A DNA stretch of 64,000 bases, taken from positions 317,316,001 to 317,380,000 of the forward strand of contig OZ024743.1 in the NCBI GenBank assembly GCA_964016885.1, written 5' to 3'. A program made the translations under genes and the position numbers. The stretch is from Eledone cirrhosa (taxonomy: Eukaryota). The notes under the pieces were generated by a model. It was not told the origin of the DNA and did not search any database. It saw nothing but the letters and a program-made list of their open reading frames with translations. Shown here piece by piece: positions 12,437 through 26,500 of this stretch; the stretch's first letter is position 1; each line of letters opens with the position of its first letter.

Positions 12437-13778
12437 AGACTAAAGTTCTAGTTTGTAGGAAAGAAAATAAGGCGATGGTCCCTTCCGGGAAATGGCCATG
12501 CTCAGTGTGTAGGAAAGGCGTAGGTAGAAACTCCATTTTATGTCCCAAATGCAAAGTATGGGTGCATAAAAGATGTAGTGGGATCACAGGTAAGCTAACT
12601 AAGAACATAGATTTTACATGTGGCCGGTGCTCTGGTGCAATAAGTAGCAGCAAGTGCCCACAAAATACTAGCTCTTTCAATTGCGCAGAGGGTTCTATAG
12701 AAATAGTGGACAGCTCCCGTTACCTGGGTGACAAAATCAGCAGTGGGGGAGGGTGCTCTGAAAGTACAGTAGCTAGAGTCAGAACTGGATGGAAAAAGTT
12801 CAGAGAGCTTATACCACTATTAGCCACTAAAGGGTTCTCCCTAAAAATGAAAGGCAGGTTGTATGATGCCTGCATACGAACAGCAATGTTGCATGGCAGT
12901 GAGACCTGGGCATTGTGTGCAGCGGATATACGCAGACTAGAGAGGAACGAAGCTTGCATGCTCCGCTGGATGTGTAATAGTAACATATGTGAACGGCAAA
13001 GCATAAGCGAACTAAGGAAAAAATTAGAAATAAGAGGGATCAGATGTTGTTTACTCAAGAGAAGGCTATGTTGGTATGGTCACATGATGCGCATGAAAGA
13101 CGACAGCTGCATAACAAAGTGCAGGGCAATAAAGATAGACGGTAGCTACGGAGTAGGCAGACCTAGAAAAACCTGGGACGAGCTGATAAATTCCGACCTC
13201 ACACACTTACACCTCTCCAAGACAATGTCACTGGACCGAGACCTTTGGCGGTACTCAGTAATAGAGAAGACCCGCCTTACCTAAATACAAAGTAAAACCT
13301 ACTACAGTCAGTAGGCATCTCTAACAAAATACACCCCCGTCCCACCACCCCACCCCATCCACACCGCCCCTTTCAATGTAAAGTTATGTTGGTGCCACAA
13401 CATCCAGGCCGAAACAAATGAGATCGTGTAGGTGTCACGACAAAAAAACACACAGTCCACGCTGTAAATGTGGCCGTGTAGGCAACATGGTAAAAACCTC
13501 CCAGCCCCACACTGTAAATGTGCTTGGTGTTAGGAAGGGCATCCAGCTGTAGAAAACCCGCCAGACAGTCCACGCTGTAATGTGGCCGTGTAGGCAACAC
13601 GGTAAAAACCTCCCAGCCCCACACTGTAAATGTGGTTGGTGTTAGGAAGGGCATCTAGCTGTAGAAAACCCGCCAGACAGTCCTATGCGAGCAAGATAAT
13701 CACTCTTGCCTCAAGTGGGAAAACTCCCGTCCAAACCCATGCAAGCGTGGAACACAGGCGTTAAATGATGATGATGAT
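12435..13778 (+). mobile_element. 5'-truncated RTE-clade LINE, open ORF remnant
   Basis: ORF to stop 13284 (KTKVLVC...RYLG...GSETW...GRPRKTW). The 3' UTR has an internal ~113-bp duplication (13452-13682) and a (GAT)n tail. Confidence 0.93.
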
Positions 13779-13818
13779 ATATATCATACTACACATATAT
13801 ATGACAAGCTTCTGCAGT

Positions 13819-13849
<31 letters not shown>

Positions 13850-14034
13850 ATATCTAATTATTGAATAGAGTGACAAGAGGCCAGAAAGTTGAGATTGCTT
13901 CAAAATATTTATTTCTGCAGACAAGGTGAGTACACAGAGATAAAAAATAAAATTGGAGATATTTGATTCAGAGGCAGCCTACATCCATTTGTTTAGACTG
14001 ACTACCCCTGAATCCAATGTATATATATATATAT

Positions 14035-14378
14035 GGAGGCACATGGCTTAGTGGTTAGAGCATTGGCCTTGCAATCGAAAGGTTGTGAGTTCAATTCTCA
14101 GACCAGGTGATGTGTTGTTTCCTTGAGCAAGACACTTTATTTCACATTGCTCCAGTTTACTCAGCTGTAGAAATGAGATGATAGGGACTGGGGTCCCTAT
14201 CATTCCACTGCAAAGTGGTCGTGGAGGTGCCACGGTAAAAAAAGCACCCAGCACTCACTGTAAATGAGGTTGGTGTTAGGAAGGGCATCCAGCTGTAGAA
14301 ATCAAGCCAGAATCAGTTCCTGTCCCACCCTTGCAAGCAGGAAAAAGCAGACGTAAAATGATGATGATGATGATGATT
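14035..14378 (+). mobile_element. tRNA-derived SINE (family A) with RTE-derived tail
   Basis: A-box TGGCTTAGTGG, B-box GAGTTCAATTC, 3' part shared with the RTE 3' UTR, (ATG)n tail. Inserted in (TA)n. Confidence 0.88.
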
Positions 14379-14669
14379 ATATATATATATATATATATAT
14401 TATTAAATTCAATACTACAACAAAGACAAACCGTGGAGAAATGTTAGGACATATGTTTCATTGAGTGAACTCAACTTATTCAACTTAGTTGTAATATTGA
14501 ATTTAGTAATATATTTAAACTCATCCCATAGACTGAGCGCTCCACAGCTTGGATATCTTTACCAAATTTATTACTATGTATATATATATATATATATATA
14601 ATAATACATCAGTAAGTATTGCTTATACAATATGTATCCAATACCATGTGTATATATATATATATATAG

Positions 14670-15045
14670 GTACAATGTGGAGGATATGTGACAGCTGGAG
14701 AGAAATGAAGCAAGCATGCTCCACTGGATATGCAATGTCAATATGTGTGAACGACCAAGCATAGACGAATTGAGGGATAGGCTGTAGTGTGCGGGAAAGA
14801 AGACTGCATTGGTATGGACATGTGATGCACATGGAGGATGACCGCTGGGTAAAGAAATGCCAAGAAATCCCAGTCGAGGAAGACCACGTAAAACATGAGC
14901 GGAGGTGGTGAGAGCTGACCTCAGATCGCTGAAGCTCACGGGGGAGATGACAAAGAACCATGACAAATGGAGAGATGCTGTACTGAATAGGACCCGTCCC
15001 ACCCTTGCAAGCAGGGAAAAGCGAACGTAAAATGATGATGATGAT
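14670..15045 (+). mobile_element. Internally deleted RTE 3' fragment
   Basis: LERNEASMLHWICN / RRLHWYGHVM / RGRPRKT remnants and an (ATG)n tail. Confidence 0.75.
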
Positions 15046-15462
15046 ATAAGGAAATTGGAAAGTAAGTAAATGAACTTACAGCTGTTTCAGGGTCTAAGAA
15101 AAACAGTGCCATTATTGAATAATAAGTACCGTAAAGACATTCAACCCATCTTTGGTAGAATCTGTCTTACTAAATACACTATAAACAACCAACCACCATA
15201 AATTCAACACAAAGTGTAAAAGCACATGATTAATGTTTTTATGTAGTAATAAAAAAATTAATGTGCGTGTGTGTGTGTATGCATGTATGTGTGTCTGCCT
15301 TTACGTGTGTGTGATTGGTAATCTATACTGAATGAAAACATATCTACTTAAATACAGTTATTCTTAAAGTATGTTTACTGTAACATTGTACATGTATGTA
15401 TATATAATTATATATATCTATCTCTCTCTCTATCTATCTATATATATATACATATATATATG

Positions 15463-15907
15463 TGGGGAGACCCAAGAAGACCTGGGATGAGGTGATAAAA
15501 GCCGACCTTACCCAATTACACCTCTCAAAGGCGATGACACACGACCATGACCTCTGGCGTCACGCAGTAATACAGAAGACCCGACCTCCCATGAGTACAA
15601 GCTGAAGCATATAGACAATATGCCCCCACACCCTCCCACTGCAAGGTGGTCGTGGAGGTGCCACGGCAAAAAAGCACCCAGCCCACACTGTAAAGTGGAC
15701 GTGTAGGCGCCACGGAAAAAGCACCCAGCACTCACTGTAAATGAGGTTGGTGTTAGGAAGGGCATCCAGCTGTAGAAATCAAGCCAAAATCAGTTCCTGT
15801 ATGAGCAAGGCATGGTCAGCCGACCAGACACTGCCCACAACAGGACAACCTGTCTAACTCATGCTAGCATGGAAGAACGGGCGTAAAACGGTGATGATGA
15901 TGATGAT
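15463..15907 (+). mobile_element. RTE 3' end fragment
   Basis: GRPKKTWDEVIKADL...LWRHAVIQKTR, the 3' UTR and a (GAT)n tail. Confidence 0.8.
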
Positions 15908-15910
15908 AAT

Positions 15911-15943
<33 letters not shown>

Positions 15944-15987
15944 CAGAGACTGTAAAAACACTGAGCATCTTGATTTATTATTTGTAG

Positions 15988-16112
15988 GGAGCTGTACCTC
16001 GGGGAAATGCTACCAGAGAAAATTTAATGAAATTAGGTTTGAAAAAAGGAGAAGTGGTTTTCCAATGTCCAAAATGTTTAAGTATTAAACCAGACAGAGC
16101 TCATCATTGTAG
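15988..16112 (+). CDS. ZDHHC3: ZDHHC3/7-like exon (start of the Cys-rich domain)
   Basis: [41 protein letters not shown](S). Acceptor TTGTAG, donor GTAGGG, 125 nt, phase 0 to 2. Confidence 0.96.
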
Positions 16113-16625
16113 GTAGGGTTGCTTCCATATCAAACTTTAACCCATTTTTATACCAAACTGCCAAAATCTTCCCCTCGTTCTATGATACAAAACTGTTTGT
16201 TAAAGTGTCTGTATCTATTTACACATCATTTATTTTCATTTTATGTAGGAGAATTTCAAATACTTTATATATATATATATACGATATTAACAAATGGAAA
16301 CTATATTTATAAAACCATATTTATTTCATTATACATATTTCAAGGATACCAAGTTAAATTATGGTATGCCTTCATCAGACAAAATACAATATATACCAGT
16401 TTTATAAATAAACATTGACGTACCCTTTCAAAATGCGACCGTTACTTTTGGAAAACATCAGGATAGTGGTTTGTTTATTTTAGTAAATCGTAGTGTTAAG
16501 GATAAGTAAAATGACGGAGAGAGAGAGAAACGTGGAGAAAAGAAAGGGAGAGATAAATAAATAAAGAAAAAGAGGAAAGAAAAAAGAAAAAAAGAAAACA
16601 GGAAAACAACAGAGAGATATCAAAC

Positions 16626-16674
<49 letters not shown>

Positions 16675-17160
16675 TGTGAGCTGTAACAACAACATTTTAA
16701 AGTATTTAAATTTAAAATTGTTCTCAAAACTATACATTCTATGGAACATAACAATCCAGGGCCTTCTTACACCTGTTGGAAGAACCCTTCCCTTGTTGAC
16801 CTCCACTGCTTTTTGTCAGTTTTGGTCAAGTCTTCAGGAGTGTAGCTGTACTCGCCATGCTTGGGCAATTGCAGGTTGGTGAGGCTATTTAACTCATAGT
16901 TGGGGAGGATGGCTGTTGACTCTGAGGAATTTATCCTCGCTTTTAACAGCTCTTGTATTTTGTCATGCTGGGGTTCCACTCCAGTGGGGGAACTGGTTTA
17001 GTTCCCAATCACTCAACCATGAAACAGCTTAATAATAGAAAGATTAGTTATTTTAAGAAACACTTCCAATTCTGGTTATTTTTGTAAATTATGGAAAATA
17101 GACTGTATTTCATTATAAATATGATCACAAAAGGTTTAATAAAATATCGACACCCGTATT

Positions 17161-17385
17161 TGATTACTAAAACTTGTATGTTTTTGTTAATATCTGTGTG
17201 TGTTTGTTAAAATCTGTGAGTGTTTGTTAAGATCTGTGTGTGTTTGATAAGATCTGTATGTGTTCGTTAACACATGTTTGTGTTCATTAACACATGTATG
17301 TGTTTGTTAATACTTGTAGATGTTTACCACCTATATGTGTTTGCTGATACCTGTATGTATCTGTTAACACCTGTATATGTTAATT
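17161..17385. repeat. Degenerate 20-bp minisatellite (~11 copies)
   Basis: Units such as TGTTTGTTAAGATCTGTGTG and TGTTCATTAACACATGTATG lie in 20-bp register. Confidence 0.85.
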
Positions 17386-17425
17386 TCTGTGGGTAATGTA
17401 TCTCTGTGTGCATATATTATTTCAG

Positions 17426-17522
17426 TGTTTGTCAACGATGTATACGGAAGATGGACCACCATTGTCCCTGGGTGAACAACTGTGTAGGAGAGAGTAACCA
17501 GAAGTTCTTTGTTTTATTTACT
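17426..17522 (+). CDS. ZDHHC3: ZDHHC3/7-like catalytic DHHC exon
   Basis: (S)[32 protein letters not shown]. Acceptor TTTCAG, donor GTAAGT, 97 nt, phase 2 to 0. Confidence 0.97.
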
Positions 17523-17587
17523 GTAAGTAATTTGAGGTGAACTTTTTCTTTTTTGTCTTGGAGAATGAGGAGTGTAGATGATATTGG

Positions 17588-20500
17588 TATCTGGTTTAAA
17601 ATAGGTACTCTGTATCACTGTGTATATCTGGTTTACAATAGGTACACCATATCACTGTGTATATCTGGTTTACAATAGGTACACTGTATCACTGTATATC
17701 TGGTTTACAATAGGTACACTGTATCACTGTATATTTGGTTTACAATAGGTACACTGTATCACTGTGTATCTGGTTTACAATAGGTACACTGTATCACTGT
17801 ATATCTGGTTTACAATAGGTACACTGTATCACTGTGTATATCTGGTTTACAATAGGTACACTGTATCACTGTGTATCTGGTTTACAATAGGTACACTATA
17901 TCCCTGTATATCTGGTATACAATAGGTACACTGTATCACTGTGTATATCTGGTTTACAATAGGTACACTGTATCACTGTATATATCTGGTTTACAATAGG
18001 TACACTGTATCACTGTATATCTGGTTTACAATAGGTACACTATATCACTGTATATCTGGTTTACAATAGGTACACTATATCACTGTATATCTGGTTTACA
18101 ATAGGTACACTGTATCACTGTGTATCTGGTTTACAATAGGTACACTGTATCACTGTATATCTGGTTTACAATAGGTACACTATATCACTGTATATCTGGT
18201 TTACAATAGGTACACTATATCACTGTATATCTGGTTTACAATAGGTACACTGTATCACTGTGTATATCTGGTTTACAATAGGTACACTGTATCACTGTGT
18301 ATCTGGTTTACAATAGGTACACTATATCCCTGTATATCTGGTATACAATAGGTACACTGTATCACTGTGTATATCTGGTTTACAATAGGTACACTGTATC
18401 ACTGTGTATATCTGGTTTACAATAGGTACACTGTATCACTGTGTATCTGGTTTACAATAGGTACACTATATCACTGTATATCTGGTTTACAATAGGTACA
18501 CTGTATCACTGTATATCTGGTTTACAATAGGTACACTATATCACTGTATATCTGGTTTACAATAGGTACACTGTATCACTGTATATCTGGTTTACAATAG
18601 GTACACTATATCACTGTATATCTGGTTTACGATAGGTACATCATATCACTGTATATCTGGTTTACAATAGGTACATTATATCACTGTATATCTGGTTTAC
18701 AATAGGTACACCATATCACTGTGTATATCTGGTTTGTAATAGGTACTCTGTATCACTGTATATCTGGTTTACAATAGGTACATCATATCACTGTATATCT
18801 GGTTTACAATAGGTACATTATATCACTGTATATCTGGTTTACAATAGGTACATCATATCACTGTATATCTGGTTTACAATAGGTACATCATATCACTGTA
18901 TATCTGGTTTACAATAGGTACATTATATCACTGTATATCTGGTTTACAATAGGTACATTATATCACTGTATATCTGGTTTACAATAGGTACATCATATCA
19001 CTGTATATCTGGTTTACAATAGGTACACTGTATCACTGTGTATCTGGTTTACAATTGGTACATTATATCACTGTATATCTGGTTTACAATAGGTACATTA
19101 TATCACTGTATATCTGGTTTACAATAGGTACATCATATCACTGTATATCTGGTTTACAATAGGTACATCATATCACTGTATATCTGGTTTACAATAGGTA
19201 CTCTGTATCACTGTGTATATCTGGTTTACAATAGGTACACTGTATCACTGTGTATCTGGTTTACAATAGGTACACTGTATCACTGTATATCTGGTTTACA
19301 ATAGGTACACTATATCACTGTATATCTGGTTTACAATAGGTACACTATATCACTGTATATCTGGTTTACAATAGGTACACTATATCACTATATATCTGGT
19401 TTACAATAGGTACACCATATCACTGTGTATATCTGGTTTGTAATGGGTACTCTGTATCACTGTGTATATCTGGTTTACAATAGGTACACTGTATCACTGT
19501 ATCTGGTTTACAATAGGTACACTGTATCACTATATCTGGTTTACAATAGGTACACTGTATCACTGTATATCTGGTTTACAATAGGTACACTGTATCACAG
19601 TATATCTGGTTTACAATAGGTACTCTGTATCACTGTATATCTGGTTTACAATAGGTACACTGTATCACTGTATATCTGGTTTACAATAGGTACACTATAT
19701 CACTGTATATCTGGTTTACAATAGGTACACTATATCACTGTATATCTGGTTTACAATAGGTACACTATATCACTATATATCTGGTTTACAATAGGTACAC
19801 CATATCACTGTGTATATCTGGTTTACAATAGGTACACTGTATCACTGTATCTGGTTTACAATAGGTACACTGTATCACTGTATCTGGTTTACAATAGGTA
19901 CACTGTATCACTATATCTGGTTTACAATAGGTACACTGTATCACTGTATATCTGGTTTACAATAGGTACACTGTATCACAGTATATCTGGTTTACAATAG
20001 GTACTCTGTATCACTGTATATCTGGTTTACAATAGGTACACTATATCACTGTATATCTGGTTTATAATAGGTACACTATATCACTGTATATCTGGTTTAC
20101 AATAGGTACACTGTATCACTGTATATCTGTTTTACAATAGGTACTCTGTATCACTGTGTATCTGGTTTACAATAGGTACACTATATCACTGTATATCTGG
20201 TTTACAATAGGTACACCATATCACTGTGTATATCTGGTTTGTAATAGGTACCCTGTATCACTGTGTATATCTGGTTTGCAATAGGTACACTATATCACTG
20301 TGTATCTGGTTTACAATAGCTACACTGTATCACTGTATATCTGGTTTACGATAGGTACACTGTATCACAGTATATCTGGTTTACAATAGGTACACTGTAT
20401 CACTGTATATCTGGTTTACAAAAGGTACACTGTATCACAGTATATCTGATTTACAATAGGTACTCAGTATCACTGTATATCTGGTTTACAATAGGTACAC

Positions 20501-23500
20501 TATATCACTGTATATCTGTTTTACAATAGGTAATCTGTATCACTGTGTATCTGGTTTACAATAGGTACACTGTATCACTGTATATCTGGTTTACAATATG
20601 TACATCATATCACTGTATATCTGTTTTACAATAGGTACACTGTATCACTGTATATCTGGTTTACAATAGGTACACTGTATCACAGTATATCTGGTTTACA
20701 ATAGGTACACTGTATCACTGTATATCTGGTTTACAATAGGTACTCTGTATCACTGTATATCTGGTTTACAATAGGTACACTATATCACTGTATATCTGGT
20801 TTACAATAGGTACACTATATCACTGTATATCTGGTTTACAATAGGTACACTGTATCACTGTATATCTGTTTTACAATAGTTACACTGTATCACTGTATAT
20901 CTGGTTTACAATAGGTACACTGTATCACAGTATATCTGGTTTACGATAGGTACACTGTATCACTGTATATCTGGTTTACAATAGGTACACTGTACCACAG
21001 TATATCTGGTTTACAATAGGTACACTGTATCACAGTATATCTGGTTTACAATAGGTACACCATATCACTGTATATCTGGTTTACAATAGGTACACTGTAT
21101 CACTGTATATCTGGTTTACAATAGGTACACTGTATCACTCTATATCTGGTTTACAATAGGTACACTATATCACTGTATATCTGGTTTACAATAGGTACAC
21201 TATATCACTGTATATCTGGTTTACAATAGGTACACTATATCACTGTATATCTGGTTTACAATAGGTACACCATATCACTGTATATCTGGTTTACAATAGG
21301 TACACTGTATCACTGTATATCTGGTTTACAATAGGTACACTATATCACTGTATATCTGGTTTACAATAGGTACACCATATCACTGTATATCTGGTTTACA
21401 ATAGGTACACTGTATCACTGTATATCTGGTTTACAATAGGTACTCTGTATCACTGTATATCTGGTTTACAATAGGTACACCATATCACTGTATATCTGGT
21501 TTACAATAGGTACACTGTATCCCTGTATATCTGGTTTACAATAGGTACACTGTATCACTGTATATCTGGTTTACAATAGGTACACTGTATCACTGTATAT
21601 CTGGTTTACAATAGGTACACCATATCACTGTATATCTGGTTTACAATAGGTACACTATATCACTGTATATCTGGTTTACAATAGGTACACCATATCACTG
21701 TATATCTGGTTTACAATAGGTACACTATATCACTGTATATCTGGTTTACAATAGCTACACTGTATTACTGTATATCTGGTTTACAATAGGTACACTGTAT
21801 CACTCTATATCTGGTTTACAATAGGTACACTATATCACTGTATATCTGGTTTACAATAGGTACACTGTATCACTGTATATCTGGTTTACAATAGGTACAC
21901 TGTATCACTGTATATCTGGTTTACAATAGGTACACTGTATCACTGTATATCTGGTTTACAATAGGTACACTGTATCACTGTATATCTGGTTTACAATAGG
22001 TACACCATATCACTGTATATGTGGTTTACAATAGGTACACTATATCACTGTATATCTGGTTTACAATAGGTACACTATATCACTGTATATCTGGTTTACA
22101 ATAGGTACACCATATCACTGTATATCTGGTTTACAATAGGTACTCTGTATCACTGTGTATATCTGGTTTACAATAGATACACTGTATCACTGTGTATCTG
22201 GTTTACAATAGGTACACTGTATCACTGTATATCTGGTTTACAATAGGTACACCATATCACTGTATATCTGGTTTACAATAGGTACACTATATCACTGTAT
22301 ATCTGGTTTACAATAGGTACTCTGTATCACTGTATATCTGGTTTACAATAGGTACACCATATCACTGTATATCTGGTTTACAATAGGTACACTGTATCCC
22401 TGTATATCTGGTTTACAATAGGTACACTGTATCACTGTATATCTGGTTTACAATAGGTACACTGTATCACTGTATATCTGGTTTACAATAGGTACACCAT
22501 ATCACTGTATATCTGGTTTACAATAGGTACACTATATCACTGTATATCTGGTTTACAATAGGTACACCATATCACTGTATATCTGGTTTACAATAGGTAC
22601 ACTATATCACTGTATATCTGGTTTACAATAGGTACACTGTATTACTGTATATCTGGTCTACAATAGGTACACTGTATCACTCTATATCTGGTTTACAATA
22701 GGTACACTATATCACTGTATATCTGGTTTACAATAGGTACACTGTATCACTGTATATCTGGTTTACAATAGGTACACTGTATCACTGTATATCTGGTTTA
22801 CAATAGGTACACTGTATCACTGTATATCTGGTTTACAATAGGTACACTGTATCACTGTATATCTGGTTTACAATAGGTACACTATATCACTGTATATCTG
22901 GTTTACAATAGGTACAATATATCACTGTATATCTGGTTTACAATAGGTACACTATATCACTGTATATCTGGTTTACAATAGGTACACCATATCACTGTAT
23001 ATCTGGTTTACAATAGGTACTCTGTATCACTGTGTATATCTGGTTTACAATAGATACACTGTATCACTGTGTATCTGGTTTACAATAGGTACACTGTATC
23101 CCTGTATATCTGGTTTACAATAGGTACACTGTATCACTGTATATCTGGTTTACAATAGGTACACTGTATCACTGTATATCTGGTTTACAATAGGTACACC
23201 ATATCACTGTATATCTGGTTTACAATAGGTACACTATATCACTGTATATCTGGTTTACAATAGGTACACCATATCACTGTATATCTGGTTTACAATAGGT
23301 ACACTATATCACTGTATATCTGGTTTACAATAGGTACACTGTATTACTGTATATCTGGTCTACAATAGGTACACTGTATCACTCTATATCTGGTTTACAA
23401 TAGGTACACTATATCACTGTATATCTGGTTTACAATAGGTACACCATATCACTGTATATCTGGTTTACAATAGGTACACTGTATCACTGTATCTGGTTTA

Positions 23501-26500
23501 CAATAGGTACACTGTATCACTATATCTGGTTTACAATAGGTACACTGTATCACTGTATATCTGGTTTACAATAGGTACACTGTATCACAGTATATCTGGT
23601 TTACAATAGGTACTCTGTATCACTGTATATCTGGTTTACAATAGGTACACTATATCACTGTATATCTGGTTTATAATAGGTACACTATATCACTGTATAT
23701 CTGGTTTACAATAGGTACACTGTATCACTGTATATCTGTTTTACAATAGTTACTCTGTATCACTGTGTATCTGGTTTACAATAGGTACACTATATCACTG
23801 TATATCTGGTTTACAATAGGTACACCATATCACTGTGTATATCTGGTTTGTAATAGGTACTCTGTATCACTGTGTATATCTGGTTTGCAATAGGTACACT
23901 ATATCACTGTGTATCTGGTTTACAATAGCTCCACTGTATCACTGTATATCTGGTTTACGATAGGTACACTGTATCACAGTATATCTGGTTTACAATAGGT
24001 ACACTGTATCACTGTATATCTGGTTTACAAAAGGTACACTGTATCACAGTATATCTGATTTACAATAGGTACTCAGTATCACTGTATATCTGGTTTACAA
24101 TAGGTACACTATATCACTGTATATCTGTTTAACAATAGGTACTCTGTATCACTGTGTATCTGGTTTACAATAGGTACACTGTATCACTGTATATCTGGTT
24201 TACAATAGGTACATCATATCACTGTATATCTGTTTTACAATAGGTACACTGTATCACTGTATATCTGGTTTACAATAGGTACACTGTATCACAGTATATC
24301 TGGTTTACAATAGGTACACTGTATCACTGTATATCTGGTTTACAATAGGTACTCTGTATCACTGTATATCTGGTTTACAATAGGTACACTATATCACTGT
24401 ATATCTGGTTTACAATAGGTACACTATATCACTGTATATCTGGTTTACAATAGGTACACTGTATCACTGTATATCTGTTTTACAATAGTTACACTGTATC
24501 ACTGTATATCTGGTTTACAATAGGTACACTGTATCACAGTATATCTGGTTTACGATAGGTACACTGTATCACTGTATATCTGGTTTACAATAGGTACACT
24601 GTACCACAGTATATCTGGTTTACAATAGGTACACTGTATCACAGTATATCTGGTTTACAATAGGTACACCATATCACTGTATATCTGGTTTACAATAGGT
24701 ACACTGTATCACTGTATATCTGGTTTACAATAGGTACACTATATCACTGTATATCTGGTTTACAATAGGTACACCATATCACTGTATATCTGGTTTACAA
24801 TAGGTACACTGTATCACTGTATATCTGGTTTACAATAGGTACACCATATCACTGTATATCTGGTTTACAATAGGTACACTGTATCACTGTATATCTGGTT
24901 TACAATAGGTACTCTGTATCACTGTATATCTGGTTTACAATAGGTACACCATATCACTGTATATCTGGTTTACAATAGGTACACTGTATCCCTGTATATC
25001 TGGTTTACAATAGGTACACTGTATCACTGTATATCTGGTTTACAATAGGTACACTGTATCACTGTATATCTGGTTTACAATAGGTACACCATATCACTGT
25101 ATATCTGGTTTACAATAGGTACACTATATCACTGTATATCTGGTTTACAATAGGTACACCATATCACTGTATATCTGGTTTACAATAGGTACACCATATC
25201 ACTGTATATCTGGTTTACAATAGGTACACTATATCACTGTATATCTGGTTTACAATAGGTACACTGTATCACTCTATATCTGGTTTACAATAGGTACACT
25301 GTATCACTCTATATCTGGTTTACAATAGGTACACTATATCACTGTATATCTGGTTTACAATAGGTACACTGTATCACTGTATATCTGGTTTACAATAGGT
25401 ACACTGTATCACTGTATATCTGGTTTACAATAGGTACACTGTATCACTGTATATCTGGTTTACAATAGGTACACTGTATCACTGGTTTACAATAGGTACA
25501 CCATATCACTGTATATGTGGTTTACAATAGGTACACTATATCACTGTATATCTGGTTTACAATAGGTACACTATATCACTGTATATCTGGTTTACAATAG
25601 GTACACCATATCACTGTATATCTGGTTTACAATAGGTACTCTGTATCACTGTGTATATCTGGTTTACAATAGATACACTGTATCACTGTGTATCTGGTTT
25701 ACAATAGGTACACTGTATCACTGTATATCTGGTTTACAATAGGTACACTGTATCACTGTATATCTGGTTTACAATAGGTACACTGTATCACAGTATATCT
25801 GGTTTACAATAGGTACTCTGTATCACTGTATATCTGGTTTACAATAGGTACACTGTATCACTGTATATCTGGTTTACAATAGGTACACTGTATCACTGTA
25901 TATCTGGTTTACAATAGGTACACCATATCACTGTATATCTGGTTTACAATAGGTACACTATATCACTGTATATCTGGTTTACAATAGGTACACTATATCA
26001 CTGTATATCTGGTTTACAATAGGTACACCATATCACTGTATATCTGGTTTACAATAGGTACACTGTATCACTGTATATCTGGTTTACAATAGGTACACTA
26101 TATCACTGTATATCTGGTTTACAATAGGTACACCATATCACTGTATATCTGGTTTACAATAGGTACACTGTATCACTATATCTGGTTTACGATAGGTACA
26201 CTATATCACTGTATATCTGGTTTACAATAGGTACACTGTATCACTGTATATCTGGTTTACAATAGGTACACCATATCACTGTATATCTGGTTTACAATAG
26301 GTACACTATATCACTGTATATCTGGTTTACAATAGGTACACTATATCACTGTATATCTGGTTTACAATAGGTACACTGTATCACTGTATATCTGGTTTAC
26401 AATAGGTACACTGTATCACTGTATATCTGGTTTACAATAGGTACACTGTATCACAGTATATCTGGTTTACAATAGGTACTCTGTATCACTGTATATCTGG

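Noticed and set aside
14035-14110. tRNA gene
   Set aside because: The A/B boxes continue into a SINE body and RTE-like tail, with three or more copies in the window, so it is a SINE head.
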